This document shows positions 8,993 to 17,586 of a DNA stretch of 64,000 nucleotides, one piece after another. Origin of the DNA: a virus (lineage: Duplodnaviria > Caudoviricetes); the IMG/VR virus record IMGVR_UViG_3300032163_000012, positions 726 through 64,725 of that record, one strand, 5' to 3'. A program made the translations under genes and the position numbers. Under the pieces are notes generated by a model, which was not told where the DNA came from, searched no databases, and saw only the letters and a list, made by a program, of their open reading frames with translations. How positions within the stretch are numbered: position 1 is the first letter of the stretch; every line of letters starts with the position of its first letter.

Positions 8993-9162
8993 TGACCTGT
9001 CCGGGTGGTGCCTGGGCGCTCACGCAAGGAATCAAATTGAACCGTAGCAACAAGCAGTCCATCGGAGCGACAGCCGCACAGGCGAGTCGTGTTTTCTTGC
9101 GCGCGCCAGACCTGGGCAGGGTTCACCGCCTGCCAGCGGCTGTCCCTCGGATGGATTGAACT

Positions 9163-10074
9163 ATGAACTATTACCGTCGATATATGGCCGATTATTTGTC
9201 GAAAACAGGCTCACTTTCTATTCTGGAACACGGCGCGTACAACCTCATGTTGGATGCGTACTATTCGAGCGAAAAACCGCTCCCAGCAGACTACAAATTG
9301 CTCTATCGCTTATGCCGGGCAATGTCAGCTTCTGAAAGGGCCGCCGTCAAGAGTGTAGCGGACGCTTACTTTCCTGTAGGCCAAGATGGGATGCGGCATA
9401 ACGAGCGGGCAGACAAGGAACTGGCTGTAGCAAAATCAACCATAGAAAAGCAGAGAATATCAGGGGTTGAGGCAGCCAATAAGCGATGGGGTAATGAAAG
9501 AAAACTCAATGAGTCAACCCATAGGTCAACCCATAGGTCAATAGATGGGTCTGAGATACAACCGTCAACCACCAACCATCAGCCGTTAACCGTCAACCAC
9601 CAACCTCCAGCCTCTAACCACCAACCAAGTCAACCCCTTGTCGCTGCCGCTTCCGCGGCATCGACCGCGCGGCAGGGCGGGGGGAATGGGTCAATAAAAC
9701 CAGAAGCGCCAACAAGCAAGACCTGGGCTGCCTACACGGAAGCCTATCAACACCGGCACGGCGTTGAGCCGGTGCGCAACCGGCAGATGAACAGCATGAT
9801 GAAGCAGTTCGTCGAGCGCATAGGTGTCGAGGAATCACCTGGGGTAGCCGCGTTCTACGTTGTGAGCAACAGGGGGCTCTACGTGTCGGCCAAGCACCCG
9901 GTCAACCTTTTGCTGCGCGATGCCGAGAGCCTTAGAACCGAATGGGCCACCGGAAACCAAGGAACTGAAACCCAGGCACGAAGCACCGACAAAACTGCGG
10001 CTATCGGCAACGTGTTCGGAAAACTAATCGCAGAAACTGAAGCGAAGGGTAAAAAACATGGCGACCCATTCTAA
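9163..10074 (+). CDS. DUF1376/YdaU-family replication initiator
   Basis: MNYYRRYMADYLSKTGSLSILEHGAYNLMLDAYY...HNERADKEL; internal iteron-like repeats. Confidence 0.85.
   Translation: MNYYRRYMADYLSKTGSLSILEHGAYNLMLDAYYSSEKPLPADYKLLYRLCRAMSASERAAVKSVADAYFPVGQDGMRHNERADKELAVAKSTIEKQRISGVEAANKRWGNERKLNESTHRSTHRSIDGSEIQPSTTNHQPLTVNHQPPASNHQPSQPLVAAASAASTARQGGGNGSIKPEAPTSKTWAAYTEAYQHRHGVEPVRNRQMNSMMKQFVERIGVEESPGVAAFYVVSNRGLYVSAKHPVNLLLRDAESLRTEWATGNQGTETQARSTDKTAAIGNVFGKLIAETEAKGKKHGDPF
9511..9636 (+). repeat. iteron-like repeats (probable replication origin)
   Basis: GTCAACCCATAG x2 plus partial copy; AACCACCAACC x3 at 21-24 bp spacing, inside the initiator gene. Confidence 0.55.
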
Positions 10075-10654
10075 ACGAGTGCTACAGGCGATCGCGGTAA
10101 CATGCGAGCTGACTGGAACGCAACTATCAGAAGCGGCGGCGCGCGTATTCGCCGATGACCTGGCGAAGTATCCAGAGGAGCAGGTGCTTGGATCGCTCTC
10201 GCGCTGCCGGCGGGAAGTTAGGTCGAAGCTAACCCTTGCAGACGTCATCGGGCGCCTGGATGATGGGAGGCCAACACCGGAACAGGCATGGGCGATGATT
10301 CCGCGTGACGAGGGCGTGACCGTGGTGATGACGGAGGATATGGCACAGGCGTGGGGTATTGCTCGACCTTTGCTCGATGAGGGAGATCAAGTGGCCGCGC
10401 GCATGGCCTTCCTTGAGTCGTATCGTTCGATTGTGATGCAGGCGCGCGATGCTGGCGTGAAACCGAAGTGGTTCCCTAGCATTGGGCATGACAAGAACGG
10501 CAGGGAAGCGCCGCTCTTGGATGCTGTGCGCAAAGGGCTACTCAAGTCTGATCAGGTGGTTGGCCTGTTGCCCCACAGGGAAGATCCGACCAACGAAGTG
10601 TTGCAGCTAGTCGAGCATCTTGCGAAGCAGATTACTGTCACAGCGCAGGACTGA
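10058..10654 (+). CDS. putative helicase loader (lambda P/G39P-like position)
   Basis: follows initiator; LTLADVI...RPTPEQAWA...AARMAFLESY. Confidence 0.6.
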   Translation: MATHSKRVLQAIAVTCELTGTQLSEAAARVFADDLAKYPEEQVLGSLSRCRREVRSKLTLADVIGRLDDGRPTPEQAWAMIPRDEGVTVVMTEDMAQAWGIARPLLDEGDQVAARMAFLESYRSIVMQARDAGVKPKWFPSIGHDKNGREAPLLDAVRKGLLKSDQVVGLLPHREDPTNEVLQLVEHLAKQITVTAQD

Positions 10655-10856
10655 CCGCGCGCACTATCGCCTGCGCGCAGGCAACCAACAGCAGCAGAGC
10701 GACGACGATCGCCACCCACTTGTCGGTACGTTGCCACCACCGAAAGCGGTCCGGCTTGATCGACCCCTCCAGCACCCATCCGATTGGGAGCCTGCGCAAG
10801 CAGGGTTTGTCGAAGCACGGTCCGTCGTACTTCGATCCTATCTCTACCTTGCTCAC
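10638..10856 (-). CDS. hypothetical membrane protein
   Basis: C-terminal hydrophobic helix; last gene of leftward operon. Confidence 0.5.
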   Translation of the reverse strand: MSKVEIGSKYDGPCFDKPCLRRLPIGWVLEGSIKPDRFRWWQRTDKWVAIVVALLLLVACAQAIVRAVSPAL

Positions 10857-11068
10857 CGCTCGCTCCGGTACTGGTCCTCGTTGATCTGTTCTGCCTTCGC
10901 CTTGCCATCAGGCTTCTTCCTACGCTCGTTGGCGGCATCGTCGGCGCGCGCGGACAGGAAGCGGTCCTTGTCCCAAACTTGATGCTCCTGGACGTGTACC
11001 TTGCCGTCGTTGTCGGTGTAGCGCATCCAGATCGTGCGCGGCGGGTCCATGTGTTCGAGTTTGCTCAT
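10853..11068 (-). CDS. hypothetical protein
   Basis: AAGGAG RBS, coupled. Confidence 0.65.
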   Translation of the reverse strand: MSKLEHMDPPRTIWMRYTDNDGKVHVQEHQVWDKDRFLSARADDAANERRKKPDGKAKAEQINEDQYRSER

Positions 11069-11373
11069 ATTGGCTCCTTGGTTTTCGCAATCTCAGCGCG
11101 CGCCTTTTCGAGGAACGCGCGCGCCATGCGGGTGTTGTGAGAATAAAACAGCGACCATGCGACGGTGCGCTCGACCAGATTGCCGGCCTTCGTGCCGCCG
11201 TTCGCCATCAGGCGCACGGATGCGTCCGACAGGCCATCGCAGGCGTTGAAGGAATCGACGATGCGTTGCACCAGCGCCACGTCCGTTTGCGCGTCCACCG
11301 GCTCGATGCGGCCAAGCTCGCGCTCGATGCCGATCGCCGGGCCTTCCTCCCTGGTTAGTTTGATGAGCTTCAC
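11065..11373 (-). CDS. hypothetical protein
   Basis: GTG 11373 overlaps stop of lipoprotein gene. Confidence 0.55.
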   Translation of the reverse strand: MKLIKLTREEGPAIGIERELGRIEPVDAQTDVALVQRIVDSFNACDGLSDASVRLMANGGTKAGNLVERTVAWSLFYSHNTRMARAFLEKARAEIAKTKEPI

Positions 11374-11741
11374 TGGAGAACCGAATAACCGCGATTGTGC
11401 AGGCAGCGGCGGATTACGCTGCGCTGATCGCGCTCGCCGGCCGCAGCACCGGAAGCGGCGCCGGCCACAGCACCGACGGCCGCGTTCGAATTGCGGCTGT
11501 AGCCAGATCCAGCAGCAGCAGCCAGCGCAGCACCGAACAGCGCGCCGATGACGGCGCCGGCAGCCGCGCGATCGGCCGCACCCGACACCTGGGCAGCGTA
11601 AGCCTGGCACTCGCGCAGATCGCCCTCATACCGGTTGTAATCAACGCCCTTCGAGTCGATCAGCGGGCGATACCCTGCGCCGGTGTTGGCACAAGCGGAC
11701 AACATTGACACGACACACAGAACAGCTACAGCTTTTTTCAT
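11370..11741 (-). CDS. glycine-zipper lipoprotein
   Basis: lipobox MLSAC; GAVIGALFGAALAAAAG...GAVAGAASG; RRCLHNRGY. Confidence 0.8.
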   Translation of the reverse strand: MKKAVAVLCVVSMLSACANTGAGYRPLIDSKGVDYNRYEGDLRECQAYAAQVSGAADRAAAGAVIGALFGAALAAAAGSGYSRNSNAAVGAVAGAASGAAAGERDQRSVIRRCLHNRGYSVLQ

Positions 11742-11938
11742 GGTGTTTCTCCTTGGTTAATTACCTTCTTCATCGTCATGCCGATACCGCGCCAGTATTC
11801 CTCCTCGTGGGTCATGTACTCGTCAGGAAGAACCAGGGAGGCGCAGAAGTAAAGGGATCCGTCGTTGCGAAACACGGCGTGCGTCGCATCCGGCGCGCCA
11901 TCGAGCGCTGCCAGTTCTGCCCTCGTGATCTTGTCCAT
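11738..11938 (-). CDS. hypothetical protein
   Basis: GGAGG RBS, coupled. Confidence 0.55.
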   Translation of the reverse strand: MDKITRAELAALDGAPDATHAVFRNDGSLYFCASLVLPDEYMTHEEEYWRGIGMTMKKVINQGETP

Positions 11939-12071
11939 CAGTAGCCTCCCAGGATCAGCTTGATCGCCGCCAGAACGGACAGGGTGACCACGGCGACGAA
12001 GCACCATGCCGCCATGGCCACACTCTCCTGCTTGCTGCGCGAGTTGTAGTAGTCGTCCTCGTCCTGGGTGC

Positions 12072-12635
12072 TCATGATTTTCCCTTGGCTTTGCGCTTCG
12101 CTTCCACCTGCGCGTTCCAGTTGCGTTGCTCTGGCGATAATGCAGGAAGCGTGTCACGCTGCACGGCGCCCTTAGCGTGCACCATCTGGCGCGCGCGCTT
12201 CGAGCCTGCCGGTATTCTGTGCACGCCCTTGGTCATGATACTTTCCTCTCGCGTAGCACGGTGATTGCAGCAAAGCGTAGGGTCCTCGGGTATGCTGGCA
12301 TCAGGTAGTGCTTGACCTCGGCGAGCGCGTGCCTGCGCAGCATCTGGCACAGGCTCTCGAACTTGCGGCGCCGGCCGCTCTTGAACTTGTTCACGGCTTA
12401 CCCCCCCATGGGTTGTTGTCAAGCGTTTTTCAACCACAATAGATTGTGGGTGGACGTACCGGACACCACGACAGGTAGTGAATTGGCGCAAAGCGCCATC
12501 CTCGACAAAATACCCGTGGTAGTCTCGGTCTATATAGCCTTTCTTCGCCTTCGGCTTCGATGCGGCATTGGCAAGGGGGTTAGCTCTCACCCCCTTGACC
12601 CTCTCTCTCAATCTGTTGCTGCTGGAACCTTTCAT
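12072..12635 (-). CDS. hypothetical protein (boundaries uncertain; may be several small genes)
   Basis: coupled to upstream ORF; internal ATG 12236 and an alternative-frame ORF 12233..12394. Confidence 0.4.
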   Translation of the reverse strand: MKGSSSNRLRERVKGVRANPLANAASKPKAKKGYIDRDYHGYFVEDGALRQFTTCRGVRYVHPQSIVVEKRLTTTHGGVSREQVQERPAPQVREPVPDAAQARARRGQALPDASIPEDPTLCCNHRATREESIMTKGVHRIPAGSKRARQMVHAKGAVQRDTLPALSPEQRNWNAQVEAKRKAKGKS

Positions 12636-12922
12636 GGTTGCACCACCAGAACCGACACCTGGCCTACCTCGTCACGGTTCAACGCTTCCGCGCCATCGAT
12701 ATCGTTGTCCATCGCGTATTCGATCGCGCGATAAATCGCCATCGATAGCTGTTCCCTCTGCAGCGTTCCCATGCCAACGCAATGAGGATCTACCTGCACC
12801 ACGAACTCAAGCGTAGTCTGCTCGTTTAACCTCCGAACAGCGGCGCGCTTGGCGCGCTCGCGCTTCTGGAAGGCTTTGACCTCGGCGAGTGGGTGCGGCG
12901 CCCCCTGTCTGATATCGCTCAT
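12632..12922 (-). CDS. hypothetical protein
   Basis: ATGA overlaps on both sides. Confidence 0.6.
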   Translation of the reverse strand: MSDIRQGAPHPLAEVKAFQKRERAKRAAVRRLNEQTTLEFVVQVDPHCVGMGTLQREQLSMAIYRAIEYAMDNDIDGAEALNRDEVGQVSVLVVQP

Positions 12923-13617
12923 GATTTCACCTGTGCAGGTTTCACCACCATCAACGCGAGCGCGATGGCCGCACGGTACTGCATCGCGTGCTCGTTGTCG
13001 CCGTGCGTTTTCTGGATGGCTTCATTAAGCTGATATTCCGTTCCGGAGAAACAGCCGGTCGTGAAGCGAATGCCAAGTTTCACGTCGGCGTGCACGGTGA
13101 GTTGCGCGTTGCGCGATCCGATTGGGCCAATAAAGAAAAAATCCGCATCGCCGAACACCAGCGCATTGCCGTACACCCACGCATCGCCGGACACCCGCGC
13201 ATTGCCGTACACCCACGCATCGCCGGACACCCACGCATCGCCGGACACCCGCGCATTGCCGAACACCAGCGCATCGCCGAACACCAGCGCATCGCCGAAC
13301 ACCCGCGCATTGCCGGACACCTGCGCATCGCCGGACACCCGCGCATTGCCGGACACCCACGCATCGCCGGACACCCACGCATCGCCGAACACCTGCGCAT
13401 CGCCGAACACCAGCGCATCGCCGGACACCTGCGCATCGCCGAACACCCACGCATCGCCGGACACCAGCGCATCTGGAGAGAAATTTTCTTCCCCCTTGAT
13501 CCACCCACCAATTTCTCCTTTGGTGACGACGCCGAATGACAGCGTGGCGCGGATTTGCTTGAGGGTTGTCCCTAAATGAACTTTTACCTCTCCGGTGAAC
13601 TCGTATTTTCGTTTCAT
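12919..13617 (-). CDS. hexapeptide-repeat (left-handed beta-helix-like) phage protein
   Basis: AAGGAG RBS; GEIGGWI, about 18 V[SFY]G[DN]Ax repeats, GPIGSR, TGCFSG. Confidence 0.85.
   Translation of the reverse strand: MKRKYEFTGEVKVHLGTTLKQIRATLSFGVVTKGEIGGWIKGEENFSPDALVSGDAWVFGDAQVSGDALVFGDAQVFGDAWVSGDAWVSGNARVSGDAQVSGNARVFGDALVFGDALVFGNARVSGDAWVSGDAWVYGNARVSGDAWVYGNALVFGDADFFFIGPIGSRNAQLTVHADVKLGIRFTTGCFSGTEYQLNEAIQKTHGDNEHAMQYRAAIALALMVVKPAQVKS
13143..13472 (-). repeat. 18-bp coding tandem repeat
   Basis: about 18 units of CCGGACACCCACGCATCG-like sequence. Confidence 0.9.
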
Positions 13618-13686
13618 GCTACGCTCCTTGTCGGGTTGTTGGCATCGTTGCCCATCTGGGCGCGCGTGAGCACGCCCAGGTAGCCA

Positions 13687-14142
13687 TTACGCCGGGATGG
13701 GGCGAACCGTGCCGTAATCCATCGCCCTGCTGTATGCGGCTTTCTCGTCCGCCTCTTTCAGTTCAGCGTCGCGCTTAGCGTTCAGCGCCTTGGCCGCGTC
13801 CTTTGCCTCGTAGAATGCGCGCGCCTCGGCGAGGATGGCGCTCGATTGCTGGTCGATGACTGCGGTATGCAGTTCGCGCACGGATTTCTCCGTGCAGCGC
13901 GCGCCGTTGAGCTGCGCAGCCCGCTTGTGGAAGTCGCCTCCGATGAAGAAGGAAATCATGCCGCCCGCCTCGATGTGGCAGGAGGCGAACGTGCCCAGGC
14001 CGCCCGAGAACTTGTAGGTGGTGATATCTAGGACGCGCGTACCGGGCCTGCCCATCGTATCGAGCGCATCGCCCAGGGGGAAGGCGGTGCAGGCGCGATG
14101 CCCGCCCTTGCCTTTGGTGTAGGTGGTGTTGCCTGTGTCCAT
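13687..14142 (-). CDS. hypothetical early protein
   Basis: AAAGGAG RBS before ATG 14142. Confidence 0.7.
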   Translation of the reverse strand: MDTGNTTYTKGKGGHRACTAFPLGDALDTMGRPGTRVLDITTYKFSGGLGTFASCHIEAGGMISFFIGGDFHKRAAQLNGARCTEKSVRELHTAVIDQQSSAILAEARAFYEAKDAAKALNAKRDAELKEADEKAAYSRAMDYGTVRPIPA

Positions 14143-14220
14143 GGTGTTGCTCCTTTCGGTGTGGGTTGTGGCGGGATGCCCGTATGCCCTCGTCGCCAAG
14201 GGCATACAGTCTGCTCGCTA

Positions 14221-14553
14221 CTAGGTCAGTTTGGAGAAATCGGCCGCGCAGTCTCTTGCGAGCACAGCCTGCGCGTGGCACGCGATGGCCCATGACGGCG
14301 CCTTTGTTGATGCCAAACCGGATTCAGTGCTGCGCAGAAGGGCGAAAAGCGCAGCCTCCAAATCGGCGATGCGCGCGTTGTTGATGGGAATGCCTGCCTC
14401 CTCGGCGCGCAAGCGGCAGAAGGCGACAAGCGCCTCGGCGTCGATCAGGGCGTCCACCACATCGCGCTCGGCAGCCGTGGCGATCATGCGTTGCAGGGTG
14501 AAGGATGCCGCGCCATCCTGGGCGATCTTCGCGGCGAATTCGTGACTGGTCAT
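14221..14553 (-). CDS. hypothetical early protein
   Basis: GGAG RBS, ATGA overlap. Confidence 0.65.
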   Translation of the reverse strand: MTSHEFAAKIAQDGAASFTLQRMIATAAERDVVDALIDAEALVAFCRLRAEEAGIPINNARIADLEAALFALLRSTESGLASTKAPSWAIACHAQAVLARDCAADFSKLT

Positions 14554-14909
14554 TGTCTGCACTCCGGGGAACAGTAGCGGGTTGAGGGATTGTTCGGGTT
14601 GACGCGCAGGAAATCGAGCGGCGATCCGCAGCCCTTGCACTCGTAGCGGATAGCGCCACGGCGCGCAGCGTTGCGCACCTTGGTGTAGAGGCGCCGCTCG
14701 CCGCAGTCGCGCATGGTGCGATCGTGCCTGTTGATGCGCTCCTGGCAGCCTCGGCCGATGTCGCGCAGCACGGCTTGGGCGGATTCTGCCCACCAGGTCC
14801 ATCCGCGTACCGGCTCGGCCGGAGGCAGGGTCTTGAGTAGCTTCCATGCGCGCACGTAGGCATCTGCGCCTACGCGCTTCCCGTTCGGGAGGGTGATTGC
14901 GAGTTTCAT
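14550..14909 (-). CDS. hypothetical protein with C-terminal zinc finger
   Basis: AGGAG RBS; CKGC...CSPEC. Confidence 0.7.
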   Translation of the reverse strand: MKLAITLPNGKRVGADAYVRAWKLLKTLPPAEPVRGWTWWAESAQAVLRDIGRGCQERINRHDRTMRDCGERRLYTKVRNAARRGAIRYECKGCGSPLDFLRVNPNNPSTRYCSPECRQ

Positions 14910-14981
14910 GGTGAAACGCTCCTATTGGTGGTTGCGGGGTGAATCAGCGGGCGCGCTGCGACGCGCCTGAGTTTCGTCCTG

Positions 14982-15158
14982 CTAGGCTTCTTCGATGATG
15001 ATGGTGTCGCCGGGCGCAAGGTCGATGCGGTCCAGCATTTCGTCCAGCTTTTCCTTGACCGGGTACACGCCGCGCTCGTCGTCCTTTACCGGATCGGTTT
15101 CTGCGTACTGCGTGTCCAGCGGTCCACCTGCGTTTCTCAGGATGATTCTGACTCTCAT
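14982..15158 (-). CDS. 58-aa hypothetical early protein
   Basis: AAGGAG RBS; MRVRIILRNAGGPLD...LAPGDTIIIEEA (below ORF-track cutoff). Confidence 0.65.
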   Translation of the reverse strand: MRVRIILRNAGGPLDTQYAETDPVKDDERGVYPVKEKLDEMLDRIDLAPGDTIIIEEA

Positions 15159-15233
15159 GGTGCGCTCCTTGGTATCGGGAACAGTCCCGCCCTTGCGCCC
15201 CTCCGTCTGCGAGGCGCAAGCGTGGGTATGCTC

Positions 15234-15377
15234 TTAGTCGATCCAGCCGATGCGCACGCACAAGGCGCGGAAGTGATCGTAACGCCGCGCCCAATACTTG
15301 CGCGCCGTCGGTGTGGTCACGCTGTTCTCCAGTCGGATGCAGCGATACAGAAGGTCGGTTGCGATTGTCTTGGTCAT
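15234..15377 (-). CDS. 47-aa hypothetical early protein
   Basis: AGGAG RBS; MTKTIATDLLYRCIRLEN...IGWID. Confidence 0.6.
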   Translation of the reverse strand: MTKTIATDLLYRCIRLENSVTTPTARKYWARRYDHFRALCVRIGWID

Positions 15378-15484
15378 GGTTGGCTCCTGTGTGGTTATCG
15401 GGTGTGGGATACCGCTCGTCGGATGCCGTCGTGCTTGCAGTGTGCCTAGCGTCGTGGCTCGTTCGATTGGTATCCCGTACTGTT

Positions 15485-15513
15485 ACTCTAGCGCAAGCGC
15501 AATACATTGTCAA
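15485..15513 (-). promoter_or_regulatory. sigma70 early promoter, leftward
   Basis: TTGACA(15513-15508)-17 bp-TAGAGT(15490-15485). Confidence 0.7.
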
Positions 15514-15567
15514 GTCCATCCGACAAGCGTATGCTGCTGGCCATCAACAGGCGGGGTTGGGGGCGGT

Positions 15568-15825
15568 ATGGTTTTGGAACTCAACGCGAAGCGACAAGGC
15601 AAGAGCGCGGCAGCGGCAGATCTGCTCGAACACGCGCTAGACCGTGGCCGCCGCGTACTGGTCTGCAAGCGCAGCGGCAACCTGCTCTACCGGCGCCATG
15701 GCCACCTGACCAGCATCACGCCGATGCGCGAGGAACCTCTCGACCTGTGGCAGGACGAGTGCGCCACCTTCGAGCGTTACTTCGAACCCACGGACGACGA
15801 TCCCCCGCCGCTGCGCGCCGCTTGA
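15568..15825 (+). CDS. hypothetical protein
   Basis: ATG after G-rich motif; RQGKS P-loop-like stretch. Confidence 0.5.
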   Translation: MVLELNAKRQGKSAAAADLLEHALDRGRRVLVCKRSGNLLYRRHGHLTSITPMREEPLDLWQDECATFERYFEPTDDDPPPLRAA

Positions 15826-16247
15826 ATCCCTGGCTTGCTCACGTGGTCGAACTGGCGCGCGGGCTCACCGTCAGCCGCGCCACGTCCCCGAAAGCGTACA
15901 AGGCCATCATCGCCCGCCAGCTTGAGGCAGACGGCTGGTACGTGCGCGCCCGCTTCCTCGTCCCCTCCCGTGGTTGCGACGACCACTACAGAGGCGCCCT
16001 CGACCTCGTCTGCTGGCCGCCCCCCTTCCCCGATCCCCGCGGCCCCGAGCATGCCCCGAATCCCCATATTTCCAATCGTCCTCCACCTATCCTCATCGAC
16101 CTGGACAAGTGCAGCGTCGGCCGAAAGACCAGGGCAAAACTCGCATCCTTCGCCTACCCATGCTCCGGACGTGTCGTAATACTGACACAAGCGGACGATT
16201 CGCCCCCCTGTCAGGGTATTGACACCATCGTCTGCTTGGGTGCCTAA
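15822..16247 (+). CDS. hypothetical protein, possible restriction-endonuclease-like fold
   Basis: TTGA overlap; RGALDLVC...ILIDLD. Confidence 0.4.
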   Translation: MNPWLAHVVELARGLTVSRATSPKAYKAIIARQLEADGWYVRARFLVPSRGCDDHYRGALDLVCWPPPFPDPRGPEHAPNPHISNRPPPILIDLDKCSVGRKTRAKLASFAYPCSGRVVILTQADDSPPCQGIDTIVCLGA

Positions 16248-16315
16248 TCCGCATTACCAAGCCCAGGTCAATATCGGGCGGGGTTGGGGGCGGGCATTTT
16301 GAGAATGCCTCAACT

Positions 16316-17224
16316 ATGACCAGCACGCAGCTTACCGATCAGGCCACCATGCAAGCAGACTCCGCACCTGCACTGCAAGACGACATCGACGACGAATCGT
16401 TCAGCAACCAGCAAGTCGCCTATCGATCGTCCTTGCCATTCATCACGCCCGCCATGCACGCCTTTGCCGCGCATTGGGCGCTAAATCGTAATCAGATCAA
16501 GGCTTACCAGCACGCCTACCCAGGGTCAAGCGCAAACGCTGCAAAGACAGAGGCGCGCCGCCTTTTCGCCGATCCTCGCGTCCAAGCCGAAATTCGCCGT
16601 GTTGTCGAATCGTGGTCGGAGAAATCAGGCATCACGATTGCCCAACTGGAACATGAACTTACGCGCCTCGGCCGCTCCGACGTGCGCAATCTGTTTGACG
16701 AGCAGGGAAACGTGCGCCCGCCCCACGAATGGGACGCGGATACGGCCGCCGCCGTGGCCAGTTACGTGGAGGAGGAGCACTGGGAAGGGCGCGGCGAGGA
16801 TCGCATGCTGGTCAAGACGCGCAAGGTGCGCATGGCCGAGAAACATGGCCCGCTGCGCACGCTCCTGGAGGCCAAGGGCGCGTTCGAAAAGCAGAAAGCC
16901 CCTCCGGGTGCTGCCGCGATCTTCAACATCAACCTGGGTGGCGTGCCGTTGCAGCTTGGCGCGCCGGTGATCGATGGCAGGACCATCACGATGGATGCCA
17001 CGTCGCGCCGGTTGCTGCCGGCCAAGGCCAAAAAGTCGCCCGTTCGCCGGGGCCAAGGTAGCCACGAGGCGGAAAACGCCCCAAATCGCGTCCTGGCGCA
17101 TCCTAGCGTGGTGTCGAAATCTCGACAGAAGCCACGTAAAGCGCCGCCAAAGCCTGTTGCGCGCGCTATATCGACGCCCGAAGCGCCGCCGCCATCGCCG
17201 GTTTCCAAGCCTGACCTGTTCTGA
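16316..17224 (+). CDS. terS: terminase small subunit
   Basis: NQIKAYQHAYP...AKTEARRLFADPRVQAEI, SDVRNLFDEQGNVRPPHEWDADTAAAV. Confidence 0.8.
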   Translation: MTSTQLTDQATMQADSAPALQDDIDDESFSNQQVAYRSSLPFITPAMHAFAAHWALNRNQIKAYQHAYPGSSANAAKTEARRLFADPRVQAEIRRVVESWSEKSGITIAQLEHELTRLGRSDVRNLFDEQGNVRPPHEWDADTAAAVASYVEEEHWEGRGEDRMLVKTRKVRMAEKHGPLRTLLEAKGAFEKQKAPPGAAAIFNINLGGVPLQLGAPVIDGRTITMDATSRRLLPAKAKKSPVRRGQGSHEAENAPNRVLAHPSVVSKSRQKPRKAPPKPVARAISTPEAPPPSPVSKPDLF

Positions 17225-17491
17225 ACCGTCCAATGGGCGTCCATATCCCTACCAGCACGGCGCCGTCGCTCCTTCGGTGTCGGGTTCGGCCGGGATGCAG
17301 CGTGTCGATGCGGGTCGATGGCGTTGCCGCCCACCTTCCATGCCGAGCGGGGTGCGGCCATCAGGATCTGCGCGCCGCGTGCGCGTGCCATGCGCACGGC
17401 ACGGGGGCTGCGCGCGGACCGGCATCGCGTCGCGGCGGGTCCCATGGAGGACAGCGTGTAGAGAGCGGGTTCTCTCTCTCCCCTTTCACTG

Positions 17492-17507
17492 GGTTCCACG
17501 TGGAACA
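17492..17507. promoter_or_regulatory. parS: chromosomal-type parS site
   Basis: GGTTCCACGTGGAACA, intergenic; 15/16 match to TGTTCCACGTGGAACA. Confidence 0.7.
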
Positions 17508-17586
17508 TTTGACGAAACCCCAACAGGTGGAGCAGAGTTCGGCTGGCAGTGTCTAAAATTTTTTAAAATTAACTGGAGAAAAAATC

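Noticed and set aside
13143-13472. Repeat array as CRISPR
   Set aside because: Contiguous 18-bp in-frame coding units with no unique spacers and no cas genes
12988-13579. Alternative-frame ORFs over the repeat (RRCAGV, HPRIAG, AMRGC)
   Set aside because: Shadows of a stop-free repeat; only 12919..13617 has an RBS and sensible flanking domains
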